Of a DNA stretch of 64,000 nucleotides, positions 24,607 through 38,024 are shown piece by piece. How positions within the stretch are numbered: the first letter of the stretch is position 1; each line of letters opens with the position of its first letter. The position numbers were made by a program, and so were the translations under genes. The notes under the pieces were generated by a model that searched no databases, was not told the origin of the DNA, and saw only the letters and a program-made list of their open reading frames with translations. The stretch spans positions 4,898,001 to 4,962,000 of the forward strand of contig CM075989.1 in assembly GCA_038087875.1 (NCBI GenBank), read 5' to 3'. The DNA is from Malacoraja senta. Taxonomy: Eukaryota.

Positions 24607-24931
24607 GGGCTGCACTGTGGCGCAGCCTTTGAGCTGTTGCCACACAGCGCCAGAGACCTGGATTCAATCCTGACTACGGGTGCTGTCTGTTACGAGTTTG
24701 TACATTCTCCCTGTGAGTGGGTGCCCACCTGCGTGGCTTTTCTCCGGGTGCTCCGGTTTCCTCCCACACTCCAAAGACGTACAGGTTTAATTGGCTTGGT
24801 ATAATTGTAAATTGTCCCCAGTATGTGTCGGACTAGTGTTAGTGTGCGGGGATTGCTGGCCGGTGTGGACTCGTTGTGCCAAAGGGCCTGTTTCCGCGCT
24901 GTATCTGTAAACTAAACTAAACTAAACTAAA
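24607..24931 (+). mobile_element. tRNA-derived SINE (duplicate at ~43359-43683)
   Basis: Head, core and (TAAAC)n tail. Confidence 0.8.
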
Positions 24932-25139
24932 AGCTGTTAGTTGGAGGAAGTGTGCTGGTGCCGACCCAAATACAAGAATATAATTTGGAACGTTTTCTAT
25001 GTGGGAAATGCGGTGAATGCTAGGAAGGGGATAGCTTATCTTGGAAGGCACGGATTCTCTCACACCTTCTGCCTTTTCACCTCTGGCCTGTCTCTAGCCA
25101 TCTGCCTATCAAGAACCCCCCTCACCTGTATCCACCTAT

Positions 25140-25231
25140 GAAGAAGGGTTTCGGCCCGAAACATTGCCTATTTCCTTCGCTCCATAGATGCTGCTGCACC
25201 CGCTGAGTTTCTCCAGCACTTTTGTGTACCT
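25140..25231 (+). mobile_element. Copy-A-specific PLE mini-element insertion
   Basis: 9-bp TSD TCCACCTAT (25131-25139, 25232-25240); single copy of the site in B at ~43883-43891. Confidence 0.85.
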
Positions 25232-26048
25232 TCCACCTATTACCCCCCAGGCTTTGTCTGCCCTAGTATCTTCCAGCTTTCTAACCCCCCCCCCACCCAC
25301 CCTCCACCCCCAGGCCCCCACCCCGCCCTCACGCCCCCACCCCAAACCCTCCCCACACAAATAGAATGGAGAATGGTCCTTACCCGAAATGTCACCTCTA
25401 TTCATGTTCTCCAGAGATGCTGCCAGACCCGCTGAGTTACTCCAGCACTTTGTGTCTTTTCTTTGTAAACCAGCAACTGTAGTTCCTTGCGTTAACGCAG
25501 CTGATTGAAAATCTCATCCGGAGAACAGTGCCTCCAGCAAAAGTTAATAACGAGCATTGTTGAACGGTTTGAAGTTAAGTAGCTGAAAACAATTCATTAC
25601 AAATAATTGGAATGTGTCAAATGTGTTTTAATGTTCCTTTCTGAGGGAATTAATGCAGGGAATTAACGGATATGGAGATTGGCTCAACAATGGCGTCGTG
25701 TTCAGCACGGACATTGTGGGCCGAAGGGCCTATTGCTGTGCTGTACTGTTCTATGGTCTACGTGAGTGAGTTTTGGTGATGAGGCTAGGCGTCCATTGCG
25801 GGTTGATCAGCATTATGTCAGTCTTGCCTTTGTTTATTCACATTGCTGGCTATACTTGACCATCAAACTGCAAAGATCTGGAAGAGCTTCCCCTGTCCCC
25901 CCCCCCCCTCCCCCTCCCCTTCCACCTGCTCTTTGCAAATGGAAGCCTCAATGTTCTACGCTGGCTTAATTAATTAAAAGTTGGTTTGAGTGATGCCTTG
26001 TGACAACCTAATCCACTTCAACTGACCCTACAAAGCTTTCTTCCACAG

Positions 26049-26144
26049 ACTGCGGCTTCCCAGTTGTACGGACCTCCCGGGAGAAGCCAGTGCCCTCCGC
26101 TACTGGACCCAGCGAGCTTCTAAACCGCTCTCTGCCATCGCCTG
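26049..26144 (+). CDS. Candidate 96-nt symmetric internal exon (duplicate 44709-44804)
   Basis: Branch-like CTGAC, CTTTCTTCCACAG acceptor, CTG|GTGAGT donor; phase-1 frame xCGFPVVRTSREKPVPSATGPSELLNRSLPSP and phase-2 frame both open; identical in both copies. Confidence 0.55.
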
Positions 26145-27067
26145 GTGAGTCACAATCATTCCCAACCAGCGAACGGTCACGGTTGGTCTTGCAGCTTGAT
26201 CGCACGGAATCCGGACACATTTTCACAGCGAGGTACGGCAGCCTGTCGACGCACCCCGGGGGAATAGACGCCCCTACACAGGAGTGAACTATTGCAGATC
26301 ACATTAATGACACGTAAATGGTGGAGGATTTAAACTTAAAATCTTTACGGTTTTTAAAAATCGTCAATATAAAGAAAGAAATGTCACAAAAGTTGCGACC
26401 CTCAGCCAAAAAAGCCTAAATGTTAAAGTAAAACTATTAATCTGTCAAATACTATCTAATTCATTTAAAATACTTACGAGAACACAACATTAGATTCTCA
26501 TGCCCGCACCGCTGCTGTTTATTTCCAATGTTTAACCATTTAAGGCTCAATTCTCCACTGTGAACTTCTTTATTTTCTCCACCCTTTTCGCTGCCCATTT
26601 CATCAATGGTTCGAACAGCTGTTCTCACTGTTATTCTATCTTGGCTTTAACAGTAAGTAGCCGTGTATATCTGCACCTTCCGCGAGGATCTCCCATGCAT
26701 TTACGAGGAAAAGCTTTCTATATTCTTTCAGAATCACCGGTTTCACATTGATGCAAATTTCAACCCAAGTCTTTGCTTAAAACTGTAATTGGACTGGGGC
26801 TAATTGATCTGTGGGACAGTGATGATTAGTTCTATGGGATTAATAATATTACTATAAATCTGCCGCCATATACTATTTATGTGTATGCGTATACTATTTA
26901 TCCTATTCCACTGACTGGTTTGCACGCAAAAAAGCTTTTCAGCGTACCTCGGACATGTGACAATAAACTCAACTGAACTGATGCAAACCAAACTATTATC
27001 AAAGGGAGTGGGCTGCATTGTACGAATAATAAAGTAAGATTGCTATCTTTCATTCACTGCTATCTAT

Positions 27068-27312
27068 CACTTCCCTCTGGGAGGCGACTCCGGATTGTCA
27101 AAGCTGCCACAGCCTCCCTTTGATCTGGTATTTTGTTGGTTCACATGCTTGATCAATGGTGTTTTATCATTAATGTTTTGTTATTATTAATGTTTAGTGT
27201 TTTCTGAGTCATTCGTAACTGTCACTGTATGTCATGTTGTTACTTGTGGGCGGAGCACCAAGGCAAATTCCTTGTATGTGAATACTTGGCCAATAAACTT
27301 ACTTACTTACTT
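27068..27312 (+). mobile_element. Rex1-type LINE 3' end with (CTTA)n tail (longer allele at ~45968-46273)
   Basis: LPSGRRLRIVKAATARHKNCFYPRVVALLN in copy B. Confidence 0.7.
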
Positions 27313-29514
27313 CATGATATAATGTCTGCGAGAATAGTCCTCAGATTAGTCCTGGATCTAATGAAGATTATAATCCCATTCCATCATTCGATCTGTACAT
27401 ATTGTTGAACATGAACGACTGCCGATTAAACATAGTTTTTAACACGATCCAGGTCAGGATTTGACAGATTACTATTGACTCCATCTACACTTCACGCTGC
27501 CTCGAAAAAGCAGCCAACATAATCAAAGACTTGTCCCACGGCTGATATTTCGTCCTCTCCCTTCTCCGGTCTATAAGCTGATGTCTATCTGCACCTCCAA
27601 GTGGCAGAATTATTAATGCCTGAACTCATTGCCCTATGATCAAGGGAACTGCTCCTTTTTGAGAAAGACCCCTCAACGCCTCAGGTATCCAAATGTACTA
27701 TACAACTAACGAAGGGCATTTGAAGCATCGTCACAAAGTAGGAAACAAAGACCCACACACAGCGATGTGATAATGATCTTTTTTTGTTCAATGTTGATTG
27801 AGGATCAAATGTTGGCCACAATAGTAATGTGGGTTCTTTGACATTCGATTAAGAATTTAGACTGGTCTTCTTTTCAATGTCTGATCAGAAAGATGGCATC
27901 CCCTTGTTTGTATCACTGCCTGTGACGTGTGGGCTTGGATTGAATTGAATTGAATTGAATTCTTTTTGTCAGATGTGACAAGTCACAATGGAATTCTTCG
28001 CTTGCATACCCAAGGTATGCCAATCGTCACCACATCAAGGGTACTTGGTTTGTTGATTGCATTCTGACTGAGACAGTTGTAGGTGCAGTGGTCTTTCACC
28101 TGAGCTGGACCTTCAGAGCGGCATTGAGGTGGACACGTGACCCATTAAATTACTGCGTGTTCAGGAGGACGTGAGCAAACCCATGGCAAAGATAAGAGAA
28201 CATTGGTTTAAGGTGAGGGGGAAAAGATTTGATAGAAACATGAGCAGTGACTTTTCACACAAAGGGTGGTGGGTGTACGGAACGAGCTGCTGGAGGAGGT
28301 AGTTGAGGCATGTGTTATTGCAACATCTAAGAAACATTTAGACAGGTACAGGGATAGGGCAGGTTTATAAGGATATGGGCTAAACACAGGCAGGTAGGAC
28401 TAGTGGAGAAGGGACATCTTGGTTGGTCTGAAGAAGGGTCTCGACCCGAAACGTCACCTATACCTTCGCTCCATAGATGCTGCTGCACCCGCTGAGTTTC
28501 TCCAGCATTTTTGTCTCCCTTCGATTTTTCCAGCATCTGCAGTTCTTTCTTAAACTCTTGGTTGGCATAGGCAAGTTGGGCCAAAGGGCCTGTTTCCATG
28601 CTGTGACTCTATGACTATGAAACATAGAACATTGAAACATAGAAAATAGGTGGAGCATTAGGCCATTCGGCCCTTTGAGCCAGCACCACCATTCAATATG
28701 ATCATGGCTGATCATCCAAAATCAGTATCCCGTTCCTGCTATCTCCCATATCCCTTGATTCCGTTAGCCCTAAGAACTATATCTAACTTATTAAATTAAA
28801 ATTAAATTTATATTAAAATTAAGAGCTAAATCTAACTCTCTCTTGAAAACAGCATCTCTGGAGAACATGGATAGGTGACGTATCAGGTCGAGACCCTTCT
28901 TCAGATCTTCTTCAGAATTCAAAAAATTATTTCGAAATGGCAAAAACAATGATTTAAACTGGGAAATAATCTTGGGACGGCACAGAGTTGCTGCCTGACA
29001 GCTCCAGAGACCCAGGTTTGATCCTGACTATGAGTGCTGTCTGTACGGAGTTTGTACATTCTCCCTGTGATCGCGTGGGTTTTCTCCGGGTGCTCGGGTT
29101 TCCTCCCACATCCCAAAGACATGCAGGTTTGTAAGTTAATTCACCTCTGTATATTGCTCCTAATGTGCAGCACATTGTTTCAACCTACAGTACCAGTTTC
29201 CAGAGACTTGGATAATTGATCTGGAGATATAAATATAGTAGTTATGGAACTTTATGCCAAGAAATTAAATTAATCTGGAACTAAAATAAAAGCTAGTATC
29301 TATGAGTAGAATCCCTCAGTCACTGTCTGTAGTATGGCTGGGTTAACTTTGGTATTTGGAAAGACATTCTTGCCATAGAGGGAGTACAGAGAAGGTTCAC
29401 CAGATTGATTCCTGGGATGGCAGGACTTTCATATGAGGAAAGACTAGATAGACTCGGCTTGTACACGTTGGAATTCAGAAGATTGAGGGGGGATCTTATA
29501 GAAACTTACAAAAT

Positions 29515-29714
29515 NNNNNNNNNNNNNNNNNNNNNNNNNNNNNNNNNNNNNNNNNNNNNNNNNNNNNNNNNNNNNNNNNNNNNNNNNNNNNNNNNNNNNN
29601 NNNNNNNNNNNNNNNNNNNNNNNNNNNNNNNNNNNNNNNNNNNNNNNNNNNNNNNNNNNNNNNNNNNNNNNNNNNNNNNNNNNNNNNNNNNNNNNNNNNN
29701 NNNNNNNNNNNNNN
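29515..29714. other. Assembly gap (200 N)
   Basis: Run of exactly 200 N. Confidence 1.
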
Positions 29715-32700
29715 CGGGTCAGACAGTATCTCTGGAGATAAGGAATAGGTGAGAAAAGGTGACGGAATGAGCCTCCATGAGTCTGAAGAAGGGTCTCGAG
29801 CCGAAACATCAGCTCCTCCTTTTCTCCAGAGATGCTGCCTGACTCGCTGAGTTAATCCAGCTTTTATGTCCAGCAGAGGATGTCCTGGTCGGTTTGCTCC
29901 TGGGCCAGGCCTAGTTGGCCATTAGTGGGTCACGATGCCAGGTGGAAGAGGGCTTCGCCCGAGCCGACTGCCTGCCCCTCCTCCGGGGTTACGTCCATAC
30001 CCGGAATCCCTCGAAAAGGAACACACAGTGTCATAGAGTGATACAGTGTGGAAACAGGCCCTTCAGCCCAACTTGCCCATACCGGCCCACATGTCCCAGC
30101 TACACTAGTCCCACCTGCCCGCGCTTGATCCATATCCCTCCAAACTTGCCATATCCATGTACATGTCTAACTGTTTCTTAAACGTTGGAATAGTCCCAGC
30201 CTCAACTACCTCCTTCGTCAGCTCATTCCATACACCCACCACCTTATGTGTGAAAATGTTACCCCTCAGATTCCTATTAAATCTTTTCTCCTTCACCTTG
30301 AACCTCTGTCCTCTGGTTCTCGATTCACCTACTCTAGGCGAGATATTTTGTGCATCTGCCCGATCTATTCCTCTCATGATTTTGTACATCTCTGTAAGAA
30401 CATCCCTCATCCTCCTGCGCTCCAAGGAATAGAGACCCAGGCTACTCAACCTCTCCCTATAGCTGAAACCCTCTAGTCCTGGCAACATGCGCGTAAATCT
30501 TCTCTGAGCCCTTTCCAGCTTGACAATATATTTTCTGTAACATGGTGCCCAGAACTGAACACAATACTCTAAATGCGGTCTCACCAACGTCTTACACAAA
30601 TGCAACATGACCTCCCAACTTCTATACTCATGTGTGTCCACGGGCACCTTGAAGGGTTTTCGGGAACGCTGGGAACCGCGGGGAATGGAATACATCTTCC
30701 ACCGGGATTGTAGCATACTTATTTAATATTTAGTTTTTAGAATATTTGGTCATTTTTGTATGATGATGGTGGGCGTGTTGGTATGGTTTGTTTTGTAAAT
30801 ATTATTATTGTTAATAATTAAATAAATTAATTTTTGTAATGAAAAACAATTGACGTAGAAGAAGATACAGTTGGAAACACAGACTGTGTAGGAAGGAAGT
30901 GCAGATGCTGGTTTAAAATGAAGATAGACACAAAATGCTGGAGAAACTCAGCGGGTCAGGCAGCAACTCTGGAGAGAAGGAATGGGTGGGCTCTGCAGGC
31001 TACAGCAGGAAGGGATCTTCTGCCCATTAGTGTTCGTGAATAAGAACATGTTATTTGATGAACATAACTGTGCAGCGTGGATACAGGCCCCACGGCCCAC
31101 CGAGTCCGCGTTCTCCATCCATCGCCCACTCACGCTAGTTTGACGTTATTCCACGTTCTCATCCGCCCCCTGCACGCCAGGGGCAATTTGCAGAGGCCAA
31201 TTAACCTACAAACCTGCACGACTTTGGGAAGTGGAAGAAAACTGGAGCACCCACGTGGTCACAGAGAGAACGTGCAAACTCCACATAGACAGCACCCAAG
31301 GTCAGGATCGAACCTGGATCTCTTCATGATCCGGATAATACCCAGTTAAGCCAATATCCATTGACTTGGCCTCCACAGCCGTTGGTGGCAATGAATTTCC
31401 TAGATTCACCGCCCTCTGACTTGATGAATAGATGCCAAGTGTTGTGGCTTGAAGTGAATATGGTGCTTTGATTTTTTTTAAAGAGTAGAGTTGGTGAAAA
31501 ACATGTTATAGGAGTCTGGCAAGAGTTTAATAGTAGAGCGATTAGACATGTGTGTTGAATGACACCAAACTGAGGATATCAATGCTTTGACTTTTCTGCC
31601 GCCTGATGTATCTGTACAGAAAAATCAGGCCACAAATCACAAAGGTTTAAAAATTACTCTTTTTAAACCGTAATTTATTTGTTGAACTGATGATCTGATA
31701 ATCTGAGCAATTCAGAATTCAGGAAGCGACATTGGCAGAACTGATGTTTAAGAAGGAACTGCGGATGCTGGAAAATCGAAGGTACACAAAAATGCTGGAG
31801 AAACTCAGCGGGTGAGGCAGCATCTATGGAGCGAAGGAAATAGGCGACGTTTCGGGTCGAGACTCTTCTTCAGACTGATGTGCGGGGGGGGGGGCGGGAA
31901 GAAGAAAGGAAGAGGTGGAGATAGTGGGTTGTGGGAGAGCTGGGAAGGGGTGGGGAAAGAGGGAGAAAGCAGGGACTACCTGAATTTGGAGACGTCAATG
32001 TTCATACCACTGGGGTGTAAACTGCCCAAGCGAAATATGAGGTGCTGCTCCTCCAATTTACGGTGGGCCTCACTCTGGCCATGGAGGAGGCCCAGGACAG
32101 AAAAGTCGTATTTGGAATGGGAATTCCGCCTCTTCCTTTCTTCTTCCCGCCCCCACCCTCACATCAGTCTGAAGAAAGGTCTCGACCCGAAACGTCGCCT
32201 ATTTCCTTCGCTCCATTGATGCTGCCCCACCCGCTGAGTTTCTCCAGCATTTTTGTCTACCTTGGCAAACTGATGGTTTGGTTGCAAAAACACTCTACAT
32301 TTCCTTCAATGTATCCCAAGAAAATAAAGTTGTGTGTAGTGTTCAGGATGATTAGATCCATGGACTGGAGGGCGGACATAATGCTATCATTCTTGCCTTT
32401 CCCTGGTGCCTGCGTTGGAGAGGGCTTTACAATGCAGTCTCCAGTCTGAACAACTCGAGCAAGCACCAGTTTCCACGCGGGCATCCGGTGCTACTCAGGA
32501 GCACAGGGGGAGGGGGCGGGGGGGGGGGGGGTTTGGTCTCTCAATGGAGGCAGTGTGAGGAACAAGCCTTTCTCTCAGCCATCGTTCCTGCTGCCAGCTG
32601 CTTCTCATTAGCAGTGATCAGCTGGCTTCTCCTCAGTTGTATATCCCACTGAGGAATGCGCTTGAACCAACTCAGAAGTCTCTCAGCGGGAAGAACAGTG

Positions 32701-35700
32701 GAAGAAAAACAGGAGGCATTTGAAGCGTTTCAGGGAAGCTGTAAATGCCTATGCTGTAAGTCCCGCCTGTACCGCAGAGTCCCAGGTCACATACTGTACA
32801 AACACATCTCCATGCAAAATTATGTCAAATCCAAGTTTTAGATACTAACAAGCCTCTTATGGATGTTAAAGATTGAGGCAATATGCCCACTAGTCCTTTC
32901 CATCCACGCAAGCCTTCAAAATACAAGCAGGACAATGAAGAAACTGAGTGAGAAGAAGGGTCCCAACCTAATCCGTCACCTATTCCTTTTCTCCAGAGAT
33001 GCAGCCTGACCCGCTGAATTACTCCAGCACTTTGTGTCTTTTTTTCAGGATAAACCACTGCTGAGTGTTCCTTACCACCGTCAACTCCCGATCTGCAATT
33101 TCCACCCTAACCACTCTACCTCCCTCCGCCCCTGTATGTCACTCCTGAAAAACCTGCCTCTTCAATTCCATTTCTGAGGATAAGCTTCAATATGTGACTT
33201 ATGTCGCTCGGTTAATTTGTCAATGATAGTTTGACTGTCTTGGGACATTTTACTGCTTCAATTGTGCTACAAAAATGCAATGTAGTATTATTGTTACATA
33301 TTTGAATTAAGTTGAATTGAATTGAACAGCACGGAAACAGGCCCTTCGGCCCACCGAGTCCGCACCAACCATTAATCAGCTGTTCACACTAGTGTTATTC
33401 CACGTTCGCATCCACTTCCTGCACACCAGTGGCAATTTACAGAGGGCCAATTAACCTACAAACCTGCATGTCTTTGGGATGTGGGAGGAAAGCGGAGCAC
33501 CCGGAGGAAACTCACGCAGCCACAGGGAGAACGTGCAAACTCTGCACAGACAGCATCCAAGGTGAGGATTGAACCCAGGTCTTTGGGGCTGTGAGGTAAC
33601 AGCTCTACCAGATGCACCCATGGTGCAATTTACAGTACAGATGTAACGATTGCAAGATTACAACTGTAAACATGTGTACAATGCCTTTAATGCCAAGGCA
33701 GTAAGTTGTTATGAGCGGATAGATTCAAGATTCAAGAGAGTTTATTGTCATGTGTCCCTGATAGGACAATGTAATTCGTGGTTTGCTTCAGCACAACAGA
33801 ACATAGTAGGCATGAATACAGAACAGATCAGTGTGTCCATATACCATTATATAAATATATACACACATGAATAAATAAACTGACAAAGTGCAAATAACAG
33901 ATAATGGGCTATTAATGTTCAGAGTTTTGTCCGAGCCAGGTTTAACAACCTGATGGCTGTGGGGAAGTAGCTATTCCTGAACCTGGTCATTGCAGTCTTT
34001 AGGCTCTTGTACCTTCTACCTGAAGGTAGCAGGGAGATGAGTGTGTGGCCAGGATGGTGTGGGTCCTTGATGATGCTGGCAGCCTTTTTGAGGCAGCGAC
34101 TGCGATAGATCCCCTCGATGGAAGGGAGGTCAGAGCCGATGATGGACAAAAATGCTGGAGATACTCAGCGGGTGAGGCAGCATCTATGGAAGTCTGAAGA
34201 AGGGTCTCGACCGGAAACATCACCTATTTCCTTCGCTCCATAGATGCTGCCTCACCCACTGAGTTTCTCCAGCATTTTTGTCTACCTTAGATTTTTCCAG
34301 CATCTACAGTTCTCTCTTAAACGTTGCTATGAGCAGGTTCTGACTAAATTTGCTTGGGTTAAAACAAGTGTGAATAGAGCCTTTAGCAGGGATGTTGATG
34401 GGGTCAAGAAAAGGTCACGGGTCACGTCGCGGCCCTGTTTCCACCAATCTTTCCACCACCACGCACAAGAAGCAACAGGACAGACATCATTGTTCCCCAG
34501 AGATTGTTCACCAGACTTCTAATCGTGTGTGTGGACTCGATAAGAAGAAGGGATGTTGATGTTTATTCAGTGTTCGACCACATTAAACCCACGTAATGGC
34601 AAGGACAATTAAGATTTGAATGAGATCGACTCAAAGTGCTGGAGTAACTCAGGCAGCATCTCTGGAGAACATGGATAGGTGACATTTCGGGTCGGGATCC
34701 TTCTTCAGACTAATTGAATAATTTAGTTGCAACTGAATTTTTTTAAGTTTCTGCTATTATGGATACTTCATAGAAACACTGAGGTTTTTATTCTTATAGT
34801 CTTATTTGTGCGGGGGAGGATTGCCAGTTTTAGTGAGCTTGCTTCAGAATTACAGAGAGATAATCTCCTAATCCTTTCTCTGTTTTACGTAACCTTGTAG
34901 AGTGCACTCTATCCACGCCTACATTATTCACCATTTTACGCATTTACTCTGTGGCTGAAATTCCGTACTGCTGAAAGTAAAACACACGGGGGGGCCAAAA
35001 ATGTTTGCTTGTCTTATTTAGATCTCCCGTCTGTGACAATTAGTGTCGCTGATTTGATTCAGCCATGGACCCGCGGACTATATCAAGGCCTCACAATAAT
35101 GCGTTTGCCTTAACCAGAGGGCAACCTGCCTGCCTTCATGGAACCTTATGCACAGTGCAGCGCCATTGCCCTAACAGTTTAGTTTAGTTTAGAGATACAG
35201 CGCGGAAACAGGCCCTTCGGCCCAACGAGGCCGTGCCAACCAGCAATCCCCGCACATTAACACTATCCTACACACACTAGGGACAATTTACACTTAAACC
35301 AAGCCAATTAACCTACAAACCTGTACGTCTTTGGAGTGTGGGAGGAAACCGAAGATCTCGGAGAAAACCCGCGCGGTCATGGGGAGAACGTACAAACTCC
35401 ATACAGACAGCACCCGTAGTCGGGATCGAACCCGGGTTTCCGGTGCTGCAAGCGCTGTAAGGCAGCAACTCTACCGCTGCACCACCGTGCCGCCCTGCTC
35501 CAATTAGTTCATAGAACATAGATCAGGGAACGGTATAGCACAGGCCCTTCAGCCCACTATGTCTGTGTGGAACATGAGGCCGTTAAACTAATTTCCTTGT
35601 TTTCTCCCCAGAGCCCTTTAAATTTACTGTTTCTTTTGAAAACTTATTTTTAAATCAGTTTTTGCAACATTTCAGGAGATGCAAACCAGATTATAACAAT

Positions 35701-37717
35701 TCTCTATTCAAAATAAGTTCTAACTATTTCCCATTTGGTTATTTTGCCAATTATGAAAGCCCATTTGATTACCTCTGAGTGAAAACTTTGCTTCATATCT
35801 AAGTGCTTATGTATAGTGATACTTGTACTGAAGTATATACAGAAATGAATCTCACTGTACCTCATTACATGACAAATAAAGTTCAATTGAACCATTGAAC
35901 TACTGAATTCATTCTTGTTTTATAACAGCCATTCTCCATTCCGTGAATGTTAAAGATCTTGGCACACTATTTGACAGTGGGTCCACAGGAAAACTCAAAG
36001 CTGCCCACACAATTGCCAGGATTTTGCATCCAGTCTAACTATCAAATACAGGGCTTTCCAACATAGTGAAAGGCAGACACAAAATGCTGGAGTATAACTC
36101 AGCGGGACAGGCAGCATCTCTGGAGAGAAGGAATGGGTGACGTTTCAGGTCGAGACCCATCTTCAGACTGATCCACTCTTTCTATTGACTATCCCATCCT
36201 TTAAGAAACAGTTAGACATGTACGTGGATAGTATGAAGAAGGGTCTTGACCCGAAACGTCACCCATTGCTTCGCTCCATAGATGCTGCCTGGCTCGCTGA
36301 GTTTCTCCAGCATTTCTCTCGACCTGTGGGAGAGATTGTTGTCCTGACACCATGTTACTAGGGTTTCTAAAGGGCCTGTCCCACTTTCACGACCTAATTC
36401 ACGACCTCTGCCGAGTTTGCCCTTGACTCATACTCGCAGCATGGTCGTCACGAGGTCCTAGCAGGCCGTGATGCTGGTCGTTGGTACTCGTGGCATTAAG
36501 TAGGTCGGGGCGTTTTTCTAGCCTGATGAAAAATGTCCTTGAGTAAAAAAGGTCATGAATTAGATTGTGAAAGTGGGACAGGCCCTTAACTCCTTCCTGT
36601 ACTTTGTCTTGCCATTGTCTGTGATCCCACCCACCGCAGTGGTGTCATCTGCAAACTTGCAAACGGAGTTAAAGCACAATTTGTCCACAGAGTTGTGGGT
36701 GTATAGGGAGGGTGGTAAGGGGCTTGCAGGGCATGGACGTTGAGAATTATCATGGAGGATCCTGACTTTTACTGAGGACTTCACGGAGGAATTATCATGC
36801 CCAACCTCACTGATCGTGGTCCATGGGTCAGGAATCCGAGGACCAAGTTTCTAGAGCGAGGTGCTGACTGCTCTGGAGAAGGGTCTCGACCTGAAACGTC
36901 ACCCATTCCTTCTCTCCAGAGATGCTGCCTGTTGTGTTGAGTTACTCCAGCACTTTTTGTCTATCTCCGAGTCCAGGAGTTTGGAGATGAGTGTAGTTGT
37001 GGTGTTTTCAAATTCATACTCATACGTTCAGAAGTGATAGGAGCAGAATTAGGCCATTTGGCCCATCAAGTCTACTCCATCATTCAATCATGGCTGATCT
37101 AGCTCTCCCTCCTAACCCCATTCTCTTGCCTTTTTCCTATAACCCCGGACACCCGTATTAATCAGGAATCTGTCAATCTCTGCCTTAAAAATATCCATTG
37201 ACTTGGTCTCCACAGCCTTCTGTGGCAATTAATTCCACAGAATCACCACCCTCCGACTAAAGAAATTGCTCCTCATCTCCTTCCTAAAGGAACATCCTTT
37301 ATTTCTGAGGCTATGACCTCTAGTCCCAGACCCTCCCACTATTGGAAACATCCGCTCCACATCCACTCTATCCAGGCCTGTATTAAGGTGACAGGTGAAT
37401 CAGGAGGGATCAATGGATATGTGACAGAGAATAGGTTATTGGGAAATGTGGAGGAACGGGATTGATGGGCTGTCTCTCGGAGCCAGCATAGACCTGATGG
37501 GCAGAGTGGCCACCTTGTATGTTTGGAGTGGCTTCCTTCTTGTATGATGTAAGAAAATGTGAGAAATAAAATATAAAATTAATGTGAACATATGCGAAGC
37601 CTCGTTCCTGGTTTACACCCAGGTACTAAGACCAATGTTCAAACATGATTTATATTATATTGAAATGAAATTTAAAAAAAATTATACTTAGACAGAAGTC
37701 ACCATTCTTTTAAGATA

Positions 37718-38024
37718 GGTACACAAAAATGCTGGAGAAACTCAGCGGGTGCAGCAGCATCTATGGAGCGAAGGAAATAGGTAACGTTTCGGGCCGAAAC
37801 CCTTCTAAGGAAATAGGTAACGTTTCGGGCCGAAACCCTTCTAAGGAAATAGGTAACGTTTCGGGCCGAAACCCTTCTAAGGAAAGAGGTAACGTTTCGG
37901 GCCGAAACCCTTCTAAGGAAATAGGTAACGTTTCGGGCCGAAACCCTTCTAAGGAAATAGGTAACGTTTCGGGCCGAAACCCTTCTAAGGAAATAGGTAA
38001 CGTTTCGGGCCGAAACCCTTCTTG
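37718..38024 (-). mobile_element. Copy-B-specific PLE mini-element insertion carrying a 7 x 36-bp concatemer
   Basis: 14-bp TSD ATTCTTTTAAGATA (37704-37717, 38025-38038); empty site in A at ~19243-19256. Confidence 0.9.
37771..38022. repeat. Tandem array, 7 x AAGGAAATAGGTAACGTTTCGGGCCGAAACCCTTCT
   Basis: Direct reading; one T>G variant in unit 4; no spacers. Confidence 0.95.

Larger units (their letters stand above)
11267..29514 (+). repeat. Copy A of an ~18-kb near-identical tandem duplication (probable haplotypic false duplication)
   Basis: Collinear with 29715-48476; ends exactly at the N-gap. Confidence 0.95.

Noticed and set aside
26008..26287. Single-exon ORFs on either strand over the candidate exon
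   Set aside because: Non-ATG starts; splice signals explain the region better as a 96-nt exon
29405..29809. ORFs spanning the N run
   Set aside because: Artefact of the assembly gap
37771..38022. CRISPR array (36-bp palindromic repeats)
   Set aside because: Units are contiguous with no spacers, derive from the PLE pLTR, and there are no cas genes; the DNA is eukaryotic
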